64,000 nt of DNA from contig JAKEFM010000003.1 of the NCBI GenBank assembly GCA_022616055.1, forward strand, positions 5,091-69,090. Direction: 5' to 3'. A program made the translations under genes and the position numbers. Shown here in pieces: positions 39,509-48,496 of the stretch. Origin of the DNA: Planctomycetota bacterium. Its GTDB lineage: Bacteria; Planctomycetota; UBA1135; JAKEFM01. Under the pieces are notes generated by a model that had not been told where the DNA came from, did not search any database, and worked only from the letters and a program-made list of their open reading frames with translations. Each line of letters begins with the position of its first letter. The first letter of the stretch is position 1.

Positions 39509-40885
39509 TTAGAACTTGTGCGCCGCATGGGTGCCGATCAGGAACTCGAGCTGGAGGACGAAGGAGGAGACGAGGCGGTCGTCGAGGTGGGCGGCCCGGT
39601 CGAGCCCGTACTCGAACCGCAGTTTCGAGAACTCCGTCGGGTACCAGGTGAGGGCGAGAGCGCCGCGAGCGCGTCGGTCCCTAAGGGGATCGTCCGACCG
39701 CGCAAGCCCTCCGTCCCCGTTCGCGTAGTCGACCCGCCCCCCCGCGGTCCATCGGTCGAAGAAGCCCCAGACGACCTGCGAGTAGCCTCCGAAGTCGTCC
39801 AGGGTCTCGTCGGGGGCCCCGGTCGACGGGTCGGCCGCCGCCTCGAGGTCGCGCCAGGCGGCCTCCGTCTGCCAGGAGACGAAGGGGAATCCCCGCCTCG
39901 CCTCGATCGGCTTCCAGCGCAGGTAGAGGTCGGCGCCGTAGATCGCCGTCCTCTCGTGCGGACCCGTCGCGTTGTCCCCGAACATCGCCGAGACCCCGCC
40001 GAGGAGGGTCGTCGTCTCGGAGAGGTCGGTCGAGGCGGAGAGGCGCAGCGTCGTGGCCAGGTCTCGCACCCCCTCGACGTCCTCGTCCAGGAGGGAGTGC
40101 CCCCCGAGGGTCTGCGTGGGGTCGGTCGGGTCGTCCGTGGGCTCGAAGGAGAAGCTCCTCCCGTTCTCCCCGTCGGCCTGCTGCAGGCTCGCGAGTCCCT
40201 CGAGGAAGAAGGAGGTCGGCGCGATCCAGGAGAGTTCTAGCCCGGGATTGCGGAAACCGTCCGGGCCGAAGAAGCGCGGCAGGAAGAGGGGGATGGTCGA
40301 GAACTCCCACGCGTGGGCATGCATGGAGTTGTGCCGCCCGAAGTGGGTGAACCACTCGCCCGCGAGGAGGCGCAGGTTCCCCGGCAGCGCCCGGGTCTTC
40401 CCGTAGGCTTCCTCGAGCTCTAGCCCAGTCTCCCCCTCCTCGACCGACATCACCGGGATCACGGTGAGGTCGAAGTAGGGGTCGACCGCGTTCTCGAAGA
40501 CGAACTCGAGGTTCGTGATCTTGAACCCTCGGGGGACCGGGTCGTGGCCGCCGAAGAGCCCGGGATCCTCCCTGGAGAAGGCGGCGGCGTCGAAGAGGAG
40601 GTCGACGGAGATCCTCGGGTTGAGGAGGGAGGAGGCCTGCGGGGCGGCGGGGCCCGCCCCCGGGGCCTCGGAGGGCTTTGCGAGAAGGCGGTCGAGGGCT
40701 TCGTCGAGGCCCGACCGGGGGGCGGTCTCGGGTGTCCGCTGCGCCCCGAGCTCCCGCTCGAGGCGGCGGATGCGCTCCTCCGCGGCGCGAAGGCGCTCCT
40801 CGACCGTGGGCTCCTGCCCCTGCGCCCGCGAGAGCGGGGCGAGGAGGAGGCCTGCGGCGAGGCTCTGAAGGCGGAAACGGTCCAT
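39509..40885 (-). CDS. Outer-membrane beta-barrel/porin of metal-uptake operons (C-terminal HAAHKF family)
   Basis: Signal peptide and coiled coil; NPRIS, GGHDP, VDPYF, LEEAY, FGRHNSMHAHAW, PTEFSKLRFEY, IGTHAAHKF. Confidence 0.85.
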   Translation of the reverse strand: MDRFRLQSLAAGLLLAPLSRAQGQEPTVEERLRAAEERIRRLERELGAQRTPETAPRSGLDEALDRLLAKPSEAPGAGPAAPQASSLLNPRISVDLLFDAAAFSREDPGLFGGHDPVPRGFKITNLEFVFENAVDPYFDLTVIPVMSVEEGETGLELEEAYGKTRALPGNLRLLAGEWFTHFGRHNSMHAHAWEFSTIPLFLPRFFGPDGFRNPGLELSWIAPTSFFLEGLASLQQADGENGRSFSFEPTDDPTDPTQTLGGHSLLDEDVEGVRDLATTLRLSASTDLSETTTLLGGVSAMFGDNATGPHERTAIYGADLYLRWKPIEARRGFPFVSWQTEAAWRDLEAAADPSTGAPDETLDDFGGYSQVVWGFFDRWTAGGRVDYANGDGGLARSDDPLRDRRARGALALTWYPTEFSKLRFEYGLDRAAHLDDRLVSSFVLQLEFLIGTHAAHKF

Positions 40886-40889
40886 GCGT

Positions 40890-40986
40890 GCGCGCTCCTT
40901 GAGAGGGAAGGCCGTGCCGCCCATGGACGGAGGGCGGGCAGGGAAGGGGACGACGCGGAGCGGGCTAGGCCGCGGGAGGAGCGCGC
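40890..40986 (-). promoter_or_regulatory. Anti-SD/SD stem between the leader peptide RAP codons and the porin RBS
   Basis: mRNA GCGCGCUCCU (40986-40977, codons R-A-P) is the exact reverse complement of AGGAGCGCGC (40899-40890), the porin SD region. Confidence 0.75.
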
Positions 40987-41318
40987 GCGTCGGCGAGCCG
41001 GACGCCGCATCCGGCGGTGGGCGGCTCGGAGAGGGGCGGAGCGGCGGGCGAGTCGAGGGCGGGACCGGCGAGGAGGAGGGGCGCGACGAGCACGGGGCCC
41101 GCGTTCGCGCGGTACCAGCGACAGACCGGGCAGGTCCCTTCGAGGTGGACGTCGGGGGCGCCCGAGGAGCCGGCAGGGGCGAGCCGCGGATCGTGCGGGA
41201 TCGCGTCCGCGTGGCGCGGCTCGGCGCCGAGGAGTCCGTGGGTCGAAGGGGCGCCGAGGAGGGCGAGGAGATAGAGCGCGAGGAGGAGGAGCGCCCCGGA
41301 GCCTCCGAGCCGGCGCAT
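40965..41318 (-). CDS. DUF2946-like leader peptide with signal/TM segment, CxxC and C-terminal RAPP arrest motif (117 aa)
   Basis: MRRLGGSGALLLLALYLLALLGAPSTH...HLEGTCPVCRW...ADARAPPAA*; preceded by TTGACC-18 nt-AAGAAT. Confidence 0.85.
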   Translation of the reverse strand: MRRLGGSGALLLLALYLLALLGAPSTHGLLGAEPRHADAIPHDPRLAPAGSSGAPDVHLEGTCPVCRWYRANAGPVLVAPLLLAGPALDSPAAPPLSEPPTAGCGVRLADARAPPAA

Positions 41319-41353
41319 GACGGGGGGATTCTTCGGTCGGCCTGGTTCCGGGG

Positions 41354-42547
41354 TCAAGCCTTGGGGGCGTGGCGGACCCGGAGGAAGCGGCGCTTGCCGA
41401 CGTTGAGCAGGACCCCTCCCTCGGGGAGGGTCAGCTCCCCCTCGATCGAGTCGACGACGGCCCCGTCGACCCGGACCCCCCTCCCCGCGACGAGGCGGCG
41501 CGCCTCCGAGGTCGAGGGGGCGCACTTCGTCCGGACGAGCAGGTCGACGATCCCGATCCGCGCCTGCGGGAGGGAGACCTCGGGGATCTCGGAGGGGACC
41601 CCTCCCTCCCGGAAGACCCGGTCGAACTCCTCCTCCGCCCCCCTCGCGACCTCCGCGCCGTGGAACCCCGCCACGATCTCGCGGGCGAGCCGCGCCTTCG
41701 CCTTCCGCGGGTTCTCGCCGGGGGCGAGGAGCACCTTCACCTCCTCGTCGGGGAGGTCCGTGAGGAGGGAGAACCACGAGGGGAGGAGACGGTCGGGGAT
41801 CGACATCACCTTGCCGAACACCTCGCGAGGGGGCTCGAGGACCCCGATGAAGTTCCCGTAGGTCTTCGACATCTTGCGCCCGTCGGTCCCCTCGAGGATG
41901 GGCGTCGTCAGGCAGACCTGCGGCTCCTGTCCCTCCTCGGCCTGGAGGTCGCGGCCGACCAGGAGATTGAAGAGTTGCTCGGTCGCCCCGAGCTCGACGT
42001 CCGCGCGGACCTTGACGGAGTCGTAGCCCTGCATCAGGGGATAGAGGAGCTCGTGGATCCCCACGGCGTCTCCCTTCTTCATCCGCTGCGCGAAGTAGTC
42101 GCGCTCGATCATCCGGGCGACCGTCCCGCGCGCGGCGAGCCGGATCGTGTCCGCAAAGGTCATCGCGCGGAACCAGTCGCCGTTGCGGACGACCTCCGCC
42201 TTGCCGAGATCGACGACCTTCCCCGCCTGCTCGCGGTAGCGCTCGAGGTTGCGGTCGATCTCCTCCGTCGTGAGGGCGGGGCGCTGCTTCTGCCGGCCCG
42301 TCGGGTCCCCCACCATCGCCGTCCCGTCCCCGATGATCAGGACCGCCTGGTGACCGAGGTCCTGGAACGCGCGGAGCTTCCGGAGGACGACGCCGTGGCC
42401 GAGGTGGACCTCGGGGCCCGTCGGGTCCCAGCCGAGCTTGACGCGCAGGCGCCGGCCGGAGGCGAGCCGGCGGCGCAGTTCCTCACCCGTGACGAGGTCG
42501 ACCGTCCCCCGCCGGAGGATCTCGAAGGGGTCGGCTCGGTCCTTCAC
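41354..42547 (-). CDS. tyrS: Tyrosine-tRNA ligase
   Basis: KLGWDPT, HLGH, YPLMQGYD, KMSKT, C-terminal S4 domain (STSEARRLV). Confidence 0.97.
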   Translation of the reverse strand: MKDRADPFEILRRGTVDLVTGEELRRRLASGRRLRVKLGWDPTGPEVHLGHGVVLRKLRAFQDLGHQAVLIIGDGTAMVGDPTGRQKQRPALTTEEIDRNLERYREQAGKVVDLGKAEVVRNGDWFRAMTFADTIRLAARGTVARMIERDYFAQRMKKGDAVGIHELLYPLMQGYDSVKVRADVELGATEQLFNLLVGRDLQAEEGQEPQVCLTTPILEGTDGRKMSKTYGNFIGVLEPPREVFGKVMSIPDRLLPSWFSLLTDLPDEEVKVLLAPGENPRKAKARLAREIVAGFHGAEVARGAEEEFDRVFREGGVPSEIPEVSLPQARIGIVDLLVRTKCAPSTSEARRLVAGRGVRVDGAVVDSIEGELTLPEGGVLLNVGKRRFLRVRHAPKA

Positions 42548-43536
42548 CGCGGGGCGGGAGCGCTCGCCACGGACTCGAGGCGCGCGCGCCAGATCTCGGG
42601 ATCGGGGGGGAGGTCGTCCCGGCGCAGCAGGATCCGCAGCGCCGCCGCGGCGCCGCGCTGCCGCCTCGGATCGGCCCCGGAGAGCGCGACCGCGCAGGCG
42701 GCGACCGCCTCCTCCCTCTGCGCGTCGGTCACGAAGGCCGCGGCGAGGAGGACGTGACGGTCGAACCGGGGCGAGGGGGAGGAGAGGGCGAGGCGCAGGG
42801 ACTCGAGGGGCCGCTCCGCGACCCCTCGGTACCCCGGCGGGCAGACCCGGATCCGGCAGGGCCGGAACCGCACGCGCTGGAGCGGCAGGGCCCCCCCTCC
42901 CGCCACGAAGGCCGCTGGACGCAGCTCCGCGGAGATCTCGACCTCCCGCAGCGCGTAGGCCGCCCCGGGCGGGGTCGGGATCTCCTGGAGGACGCTCGCC
43001 TCTCCGCCGGCGGCGACGTCGAGGGGGCCGATCGTGAAGGGCCGGGTTTCCCGCTCCCGGAGGTCGGTCCCGTCGACCCGCCGCTCGACGGAGGAGATGT
43101 CGAAGATCCCCGCCCCACCCCGCCCTCCCTCGCCGCCGGGGATGGCGATGGGGACGGGTCCGTCGTTCCGCACGCGGAGCGCCAGCCTCATCGGCTCGCC
43201 CGCCTCGACGACCTCGCTCGCCGGCTCGAGGCGCGCGCCCGACTCCAGGCGCGCCCTCCACTCCTCCCCTTCGAGGAGGGCGGCGAGCCCCCGGATGGTC
43301 GGGGCTAGCTCGGCGGGCGCTTCTCCCTCCTGGAGACGCTCCACGCGGTCGCGGGCCGCCTCGAGGTCCCCTTCCCGCAGGAAGCGGGCGGCCTCGTCGA
43401 TCGCCCGCCGGACGAGCGCCTCGCGGACCGCTTCCTCGGAGGAGGGAGCGGGAGGCGGCGAAGGGGGGCGGGCTCCCGCCCGGTCGCTCCGGCAGGCGAG
43501 CGCTCCGAGGAGGAGGAGGGCCGACCCGCGCCGCAC
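42544..43536 (-). CDS. Hypothetical lipoprotein (helical plus Ig-like domain)
   Basis: MRRGSALLLLGALAC lipobox; stop overlaps the tyrS start. Confidence 0.75.
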   Translation of the reverse strand: MRRGSALLLLGALACRSDRAGARPPSPPPAPSSEEAVREALVRRAIDEAARFLREGDLEAARDRVERLQEGEAPAELAPTIRGLAALLEGEEWRARLESGARLEPASEVVEAGEPMRLALRVRNDGPVPIAIPGGEGGRGGAGIFDISSVERRVDGTDLRERETRPFTIGPLDVAAGGEASVLQEIPTPPGAAYALREVEISAELRPAAFVAGGGALPLQRVRFRPCRIRVCPPGYRGVAERPLESLRLALSSPSPRFDRHVLLAAAFVTDAQREEAVAACAVALSGADPRRQRGAAAALRILLRRDDLPPDPEIWRARLESVASAPAPR

Positions 43537-43546
43537 GCGGGAGGGC

Positions 43547-45397
43547 CTAGGCCGGGGTAGCGCCCGGGACGTTCGGCTCGTCGGGGTCCGCAGGGGCGGG
43601 CTCGACCGGGGCCCCCTCGGCCGCGGCGGGGGCCTCCGCGGACTCGTCCTTCCCGGGGGTCTGCTTCGCGGCCTCGGCGGCCGCCTTCTGGGCGGCGCGC
43701 GCCTTCTTGCGCTCCGCCTTCTCCCGCTCGCGCCGGTCGATCTCCTCGTTCTCCGCGAAGTCCGCGTGGACGAAGGAGAGCCCGATCTTGCGCTCGTCCC
43801 GGTCGAGGCGGATCACCCGGACCTCGACCTTGTAGCCGACCTTCACGACCTCCTCGGGGGTGGCGATCTTGCGGTCGGAGAGCTCGGAGATGTGGAGGAG
43901 CCCCTCGAGGTCCTCCTCGAGCCGGACGAACGCGCCGAAGGAGGTGATCTTCGTCACCGTCCCGGTGACGAGGTCCCCGACGTGGTAGTTCGCGGGGATC
44001 TGGTCCTGCCAGGGGTCGGGGAGGAGCTGCTTCATCCCGAGCGAGATCCGCTTCTTGTCCGCGTCGAGGGCGAGCACGACGCACTTCACCGTGTCCCCCT
44101 TCTTCAGCACCTCGGAGGGGTGGGTGACCTTCTTCGTCCAGGACATGTCGGAGATGTGGAGGAGGCCGTCGATCCCCTCCTCGATCTCGACGAACGCCCC
44201 GTAGTTCGTGAGGTTGCGGACCTTCCCCTCGAGGACCGTCCCCGGCCCATAGCGCCCCTCGACGCCGATCCAGGGGTTCTGCTCGGCCTGCTTCATGCCG
44301 AGCGAGATCTCCTGCTTGTCCTTGTTGATGTCGAGGACGACGACCTCGACGGGGTCGCCCGCCTTGACGATCTCGCTCGGGTGGTTGACGCGGCGCGTCC
44401 AGGACATCTCCGAGACGTGGACGAGCCCCTCGACGCCGTCCTCGAGCTTCACGAACGCGCCGTAGGACATCAGGTTGACGACCGAGCCCTTGTGCCGGGA
44501 GCCGGCGGGGTACTTCGTCTCGATGTCCTCCCACGGGGAGCGGGACTTCTGCTTCAGGCCGAGCGCGATCCGCTCGCGCTCCTTGTCGATCCGCAGCACG
44601 CGGACCTCGATCTCCTCCCCCTCCTTCACGATCTCGGAGGGGTGGCCGATCCGGCCCCAGGACATGTCCGTGACGTGGAGCAGGCCGTCGATCCCGCCGA
44701 GGTCGACGAAGGCGCCGAACTCCGCGATGTTCTTGACGATCCCGCGGCGCATCTGCCCCTCGGCGACCTCCGTCAGGAGCTTCTCCTTCGCCTCCGCGCG
44801 CTGGCGCTCGAGGAGCCGGCGGCGGGAGACGACGATGTTCATCCGCTCGGGGTCGATCTTGATGATCTCGGCCTCGACCTCCCGCCCGATGAACTCCCCG
44901 ACGTCCTGGATCCGGCGCGTGTTCACCTGCGAGGCGGGGAGGAAGACCGGGACGTGGTCGACGTCGACGAGGAGGCCTCCCTTGATCTTCCGCTGCACGG
45001 TCCCCTTGATCGTGTCCCCCTCGTGGTAGGTCTTGACGACCCGCTCCCAGGCGCGCAGGCGGTCCGCCCGCCGCTTGCTGACCATCGCGGTGTTCGTCTC
45101 GTCGTTCATCCCCTCGTAGAGGATCTCGAAGGTCTCCCCCACCGCGGGCGCCGGGCCGTCCCGGAACTCCTCGGCCGGCACGGTCCCCTCGGCCTTCCCG
45201 CCGAAGTCGACGACCGCCCCCTCCGGGGTCACCTCGATCACGCGGGCCGAGACGATCGCCCCCGTGGCGACGTCCTTCACCGTGTCCTCGAGGGTCTTCG
45301 TGAGGCTCTCGACCGGGAGGGTGAGGGCGGCGCCCGCCCGCCGCGCCAGCTCCTCCTCGGGGAGATCGAACTTCCGGACCAGCTCCCGACCGCGCAT
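43547..45397 (-). CDS. rpsA: 30S ribosomal protein S1
   Basis: Six S1 repeats (FLPASQ, FGAFVDLGGIDGLLHVTDMSW, EGLVHVSEMSW, DGLLHISDMSW, EGLLHISEL). Confidence 0.97.
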   Translation of the reverse strand: MRGRELVRKFDLPEEELARRAGAALTLPVESLTKTLEDTVKDVATGAIVSARVIEVTPEGAVVDFGGKAEGTVPAEEFRDGPAPAVGETFEILYEGMNDETNTAMVSKRRADRLRAWERVVKTYHEGDTIKGTVQRKIKGGLLVDVDHVPVFLPASQVNTRRIQDVGEFIGREVEAEIIKIDPERMNIVVSRRRLLERQRAEAKEKLLTEVAEGQMRRGIVKNIAEFGAFVDLGGIDGLLHVTDMSWGRIGHPSEIVKEGEEIEVRVLRIDKERERIALGLKQKSRSPWEDIETKYPAGSRHKGSVVNLMSYGAFVKLEDGVEGLVHVSEMSWTRRVNHPSEIVKAGDPVEVVVLDINKDKQEISLGMKQAEQNPWIGVEGRYGPGTVLEGKVRNLTNYGAFVEIEEGIDGLLHISDMSWTKKVTHPSEVLKKGDTVKCVVLALDADKKRISLGMKQLLPDPWQDQIPANYHVGDLVTGTVTKITSFGAFVRLEEDLEGLLHISELSDRKIATPEEVVKVGYKVEVRVIRLDRDERKIGLSFVHADFAENEEIDRREREKAERKKARAAQKAAAEAAKQTPGKDESAEAPAAAEGAPVEPAPADPDEPNVPGATPA

Positions 45398-45405
45398 GTT
45401 CGCCC

Positions 45406-46152
45406 TCAGCGTCCTTTCCGGGACCGTCCCTGCGAGGAGGATCCCCGTTTCACCGGTCTTGGCGCCGCGGTCGCCGTCCGCCGGCGGCGCTCCACCTCGT
45501 CGAGCACCCGCTGGACGACCGCCCAGGCCGGCGTCTCCGTCGTGTCGATCGCGATCGCGTCCTCCGCCCTCCGCAGGGGGGAAGTCTTCCGGGACGAGTC
45601 GGAGCGGTCCCGCACCGCCATCTCCTCCTCGACCTCGTCGAGCGCGACCGCCTCTCCCTCGGCGAGGAAGTCGCTCGTCCGGCGGCGCGCCCGCTCGGAG
45701 AGGGAGGCGTCGAGGTAGAACTTCGCGGACGCCTCGGGGAACACGACCGTCGTCGTGTCCCGCCCCTCGGCGACGACCCCGCGGGCGCGCTTGGCGATCG
45801 CCCGCTGGAGGGCGACCATCTTGCGGCGCACCGCCGGCAGCGCCGAGGCCTGGGAGACCCTGGAGGTCACCTTGCCGGAGCGGATCTCGCGCGTCACGTC
45901 CTCGCCGTTCAGCGAAATGCGTCCTTCCTCTTCCAGGTCGATCTCGATCTCGTCCAGGGCCCGGCGCACCGCCGGGCCGTCCCGAAGGTCGACGCCCCGG
46001 CGGACGAAGTGGAGCGTCACGGCGCGGTACATCGCCCCCGTGTCGAGGTAGACGTAGCCGAGTCGAGAGGCGACTTCGCGGGCCACCGTGCTCTTGCCCG
46101 CGCCGGAGGGCCCGTCGATCGCGACCACTTCGGTCCGGGGAGGGGGGCCCAT
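45406..46152 (-). CDS. cmk: Cytidylate kinase
   Basis: VAIDGPSGAGKST, LDTGAMYRA, AEGRD.TTVVFP, RD..D..R..SPL; immediately upstream of rpsA. Confidence 0.97.
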   Translation of the reverse strand: MGPPPRTEVVAIDGPSGAGKSTVAREVASRLGYVYLDTGAMYRAVTLHFVRRGVDLRDGPAVRRALDEIEIDLEEEGRISLNGEDVTREIRSGKVTSRVSQASALPAVRRKMVALQRAIAKRARGVVAEGRDTTTVVFPEASAKFYLDASLSERARRRTSDFLAEGEAVALDEVEEEMAVRDRSDSSRKTSPLRRAEDAIAIDTTETPAWAVVQRVLDEVERRRRTATAAPRPVKRGSSSQGRSRKGR

Positions 46153-46237
46153 GGCTTCGCGTCGGGGTCCTGCCACGCTACCCGGAGCGGCCTGGCCGTT
46201 CGGGAGGGGAAGGAGCATAGGAGAATCCGCGCCCCCG

Positions 46238-46999
46238 TCAAGGCGCGCGGGGGAGGAGGACCTCCCCGGGCCTTCCCTCCCCGTCGGTCGCCCGCAGCTG
46301 CCCGCCGATCTCGGCCGCGCCCCCCCCCCCGTCGCCCCAGGCGGGGAGGACCAGCAGAGTCACCTCCCCCACCCTCCGCAGGCTCGGGGCGTGGGCGTGC
46401 CCGCAGATCACGAGGGTGCATCCCTTCCCGGCCGCGGCGCCCTCGGCGGCCTCGAGGACGATCGACTTCGTCTCCGGGAGCTTCGCCGCCACCGCTGCCG
46501 TGCTCTTGGCCCGGAGCCCCCCGGCCAGCGCCCCCGCGATCGACCCCGGGACGAGCCGGGCGAGGGCCCGGACGGGCCCCGAGCGGACGACCTTTCTGTA
46601 CCTCTGGTAGGCGAGGTCCCGGGTGCAGAGCGTGTCCCCGTGGACCAGCAGGGCCCGGCGGCCCGCAACCTGCGTCACCATCTCCTCCCCCCGCATCCGG
46701 ACCCCGGTCCGTCTCTCGAACGACCCGTCCAGGAGAAAGTCCCGGTTCCCGACGACCGCCTCGACGGCCGCCCCCCGTCCAGTCGTCCGAGAAAGGGCCT
46801 CGAGGACGGGGGCGAAGCCCGGCACCCGGAGGCTCCGGGGCCCCAGCCAGACGTCGAAGAGGTCCCCCAGGACGAAGAGCCTCTCCCCGGCCCGCAGACC
46901 CGAGAGGAACGCCGCGAGGCGCGCGATCGCCTCCCCTTCCTCCGGCCGAAGGTGCAGATCCGCGAGGAAGAAGGATCGGGGAGCGCTCCCGCCCGTCAG
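46238..46999 (-). CDS. lpxH: UDP-2,3-diacylglucosamine hydrolase (LpxH-like metallophosphoesterase)
   Basis: ADLHL, LGDLFD.W.G, GNRDFL, HGD.LCT.D..YQ, GHAH. Start uncertain; CTG overlapping the upstream TGA is assumed. Confidence 0.85.
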   Translation of the reverse strand: MTGGSAPRSFFLADLHLRPEEGEAIARLAAFLSGLRAGERLFVLGDLFDVWLGPRSLRVPGFAPVLEALSRTTGRGAAVEAVVGNRDFLLDGSFERRTGVRMRGEEMVTQVAGRRALLVHGDTLCTRDLAYQRYRKVVRSGPVRALARLVPGSIAGALAGGLRAKSTAAVAAKLPETKSIVLEAAEGAAAGKGCTLVICGHAHAPSLRRVGEVTLLVLPAWGDGGGGAAEIGGQLRATDGEGRPGEVLLPRAP

Positions 47000-48402
47000 G
47001 CCTCCGCCTCCTCGCCGGGGGCCCCTTCCTCGTCCTCCCCCGCTCCACGTCCCCGGTCCGTGTCCAGACCGTGATTCCTGAGCTTCTCCCAGAGGACCTT
47101 TCGGCTCACCCCTAGGAGCTTCGCCGCCTGCGCCCGGTGGCCCCCGGTCTTCTCGAGGACCCGCTTCAGGTGCTCGCGCTCGGACTCCTCGATGACCGCC
47201 CGCAGCGGACGGACCTCGTCGTGGATCTCGAAGGCCCCGCGCCACTCCCCCGACATCGGCAGGAGGTGCTCGCGCTTGAGGCACTCCGCCTCCCCCGCGA
47301 GCGCGACGGCCCGCTGCACCGAGTTCTCCAGTTCCCGGACGTTCCCCGGCCAGGGGTAACGCTCCATCGCCTCCATGTCCTCCGGCCGGACGCGGTAGCG
47401 GCGGTCCTTCGCATACAGGCCCAGGAAGTGCTCGACGAGGAGCGGCAGATCCCCCGTCCGCGCCCGCAGGGGCGGCAGCGTGATCGGGACGACGTTCAGC
47501 CGCCAGAAGAGGTCCTCCCGGAACCGCTTCTCGGCGATGCGCTTCCTCAGCTGCACCTTCGTGGCGGAGACGACCCTCACCTCGACCTTGATCGGCTTCT
47601 CCCCCCCGACCCGCTCGAAGGTCTTCTCCTGGAGGACCCGCAGCAGCTTCACCTGCGTCGCCGCCGGGGCGTCGTCGATGTCGTCGAGGAACATCGTGCC
47701 GCCGTTCGCCAGCTCGAAGCGCCCGCGCTTCTCCCGGTGGGCGTCGGTGAAGGCCCCCTTCTCGTGGCCGAACAATTCGTCCTCGATCATCGTCTCGGGG
47801 AGCGCGGCGCAGGAGAAGGGGACGAACGCGCCGGAGCCCCGCGCGCTCGCCTTGTGGATCGCGCGCGCGACGCGCTCCTTCCCCGTTCCCGACTCTCCTT
47901 CAATCAGCACCGCAGCGTCGCTCGGCGCGACCCGGGCGATCGTCTGGAAGAGCTCCCGCATGAGGGGGGAGGTCCCGACGATCTCCCCGAAGGCCGGGCG
48001 CTTGCCCAGTTCCGAGACGAGCCGGACGTTCTCCCGCCCGATCGCCCGCACTTTCTCGAGACGGGCGAGCTTCTCGACCACCGCCTCGTTGACGAAGGGC
48101 TTCTGGAGGTAGTCGATCGCGCCCGCCCGCATCGCCTCGACGGCGTGCTCGATCGTCGCGTAGGCGGTCATCACGACGACCTCGGGGGGATCGGGGAGCG
48201 CCCGCGCCTTGCGCAGGACCTCCATCCCATCCGCGCCCGGCAGCCGGACGTCGGTGACGACGCAGTCGAACGCCTCCTTCTCGAGGAGCCCGATGGCCTC
48301 GGCTCCGTCGGCTACGGTCTTCACCTTGTGGCCGGCGGCGGAGAGGGAGTCGCCCAGGGTGACGGCGATCGAGCGCTCGTCTTCGACGAGGAGGACGTTC
48401 AC
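46996..48402 (-). CDS. Sigma-54-dependent response regulator (NtrC/AtoC family; REC-AAA-Fis HTH)
   Basis: VEDE, DVRLP, GESGTGKE, ELFGHEKGAFTDA, FREDLFWRLNV, WPGNVREL, AAKLLGVSRKVLWEKL. Confidence 0.96.
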   Translation of the reverse strand: MNVLLVEDERSIAVTLGDSLSAAGHKVKTVADGAEAIGLLEKEAFDCVVTDVRLPGADGMEVLRKARALPDPPEVVVMTAYATIEHAVEAMRAGAIDYLQKPFVNEAVVEKLARLEKVRAIGRENVRLVSELGKRPAFGEIVGTSPLMRELFQTIARVAPSDAAVLIEGESGTGKERVARAIHKASARGSGAFVPFSCAALPETMIEDELFGHEKGAFTDAHREKRGRFELANGGTMFLDDIDDAPAATQVKLLRVLQEKTFERVGGEKPIKVEVRVVSATKVQLRKRIAEKRFREDLFWRLNVVPITLPPLRARTGDLPLLVEHFLGLYAKDRRYRVRPEDMEAMERYPWPGNVRELENSVQRAVALAGEAECLKREHLLPMSGEWRGAFEIHDEVRPLRAVIEESEREHLKRVLEKTGGHRAQAAKLLGVSRKVLWEKLRNHGLDTDRGRGAGEDEEGAPGEEAEA

Positions 48403-48496
48403 GGCGGTCGAGGGTACCGGAGCCGGTGGCGCCGGAAAAGGCGAGCCCCCCAGGGCGCTCCACGCTTCCTGGACGAAACGAGCGACGCCGCGGCAA

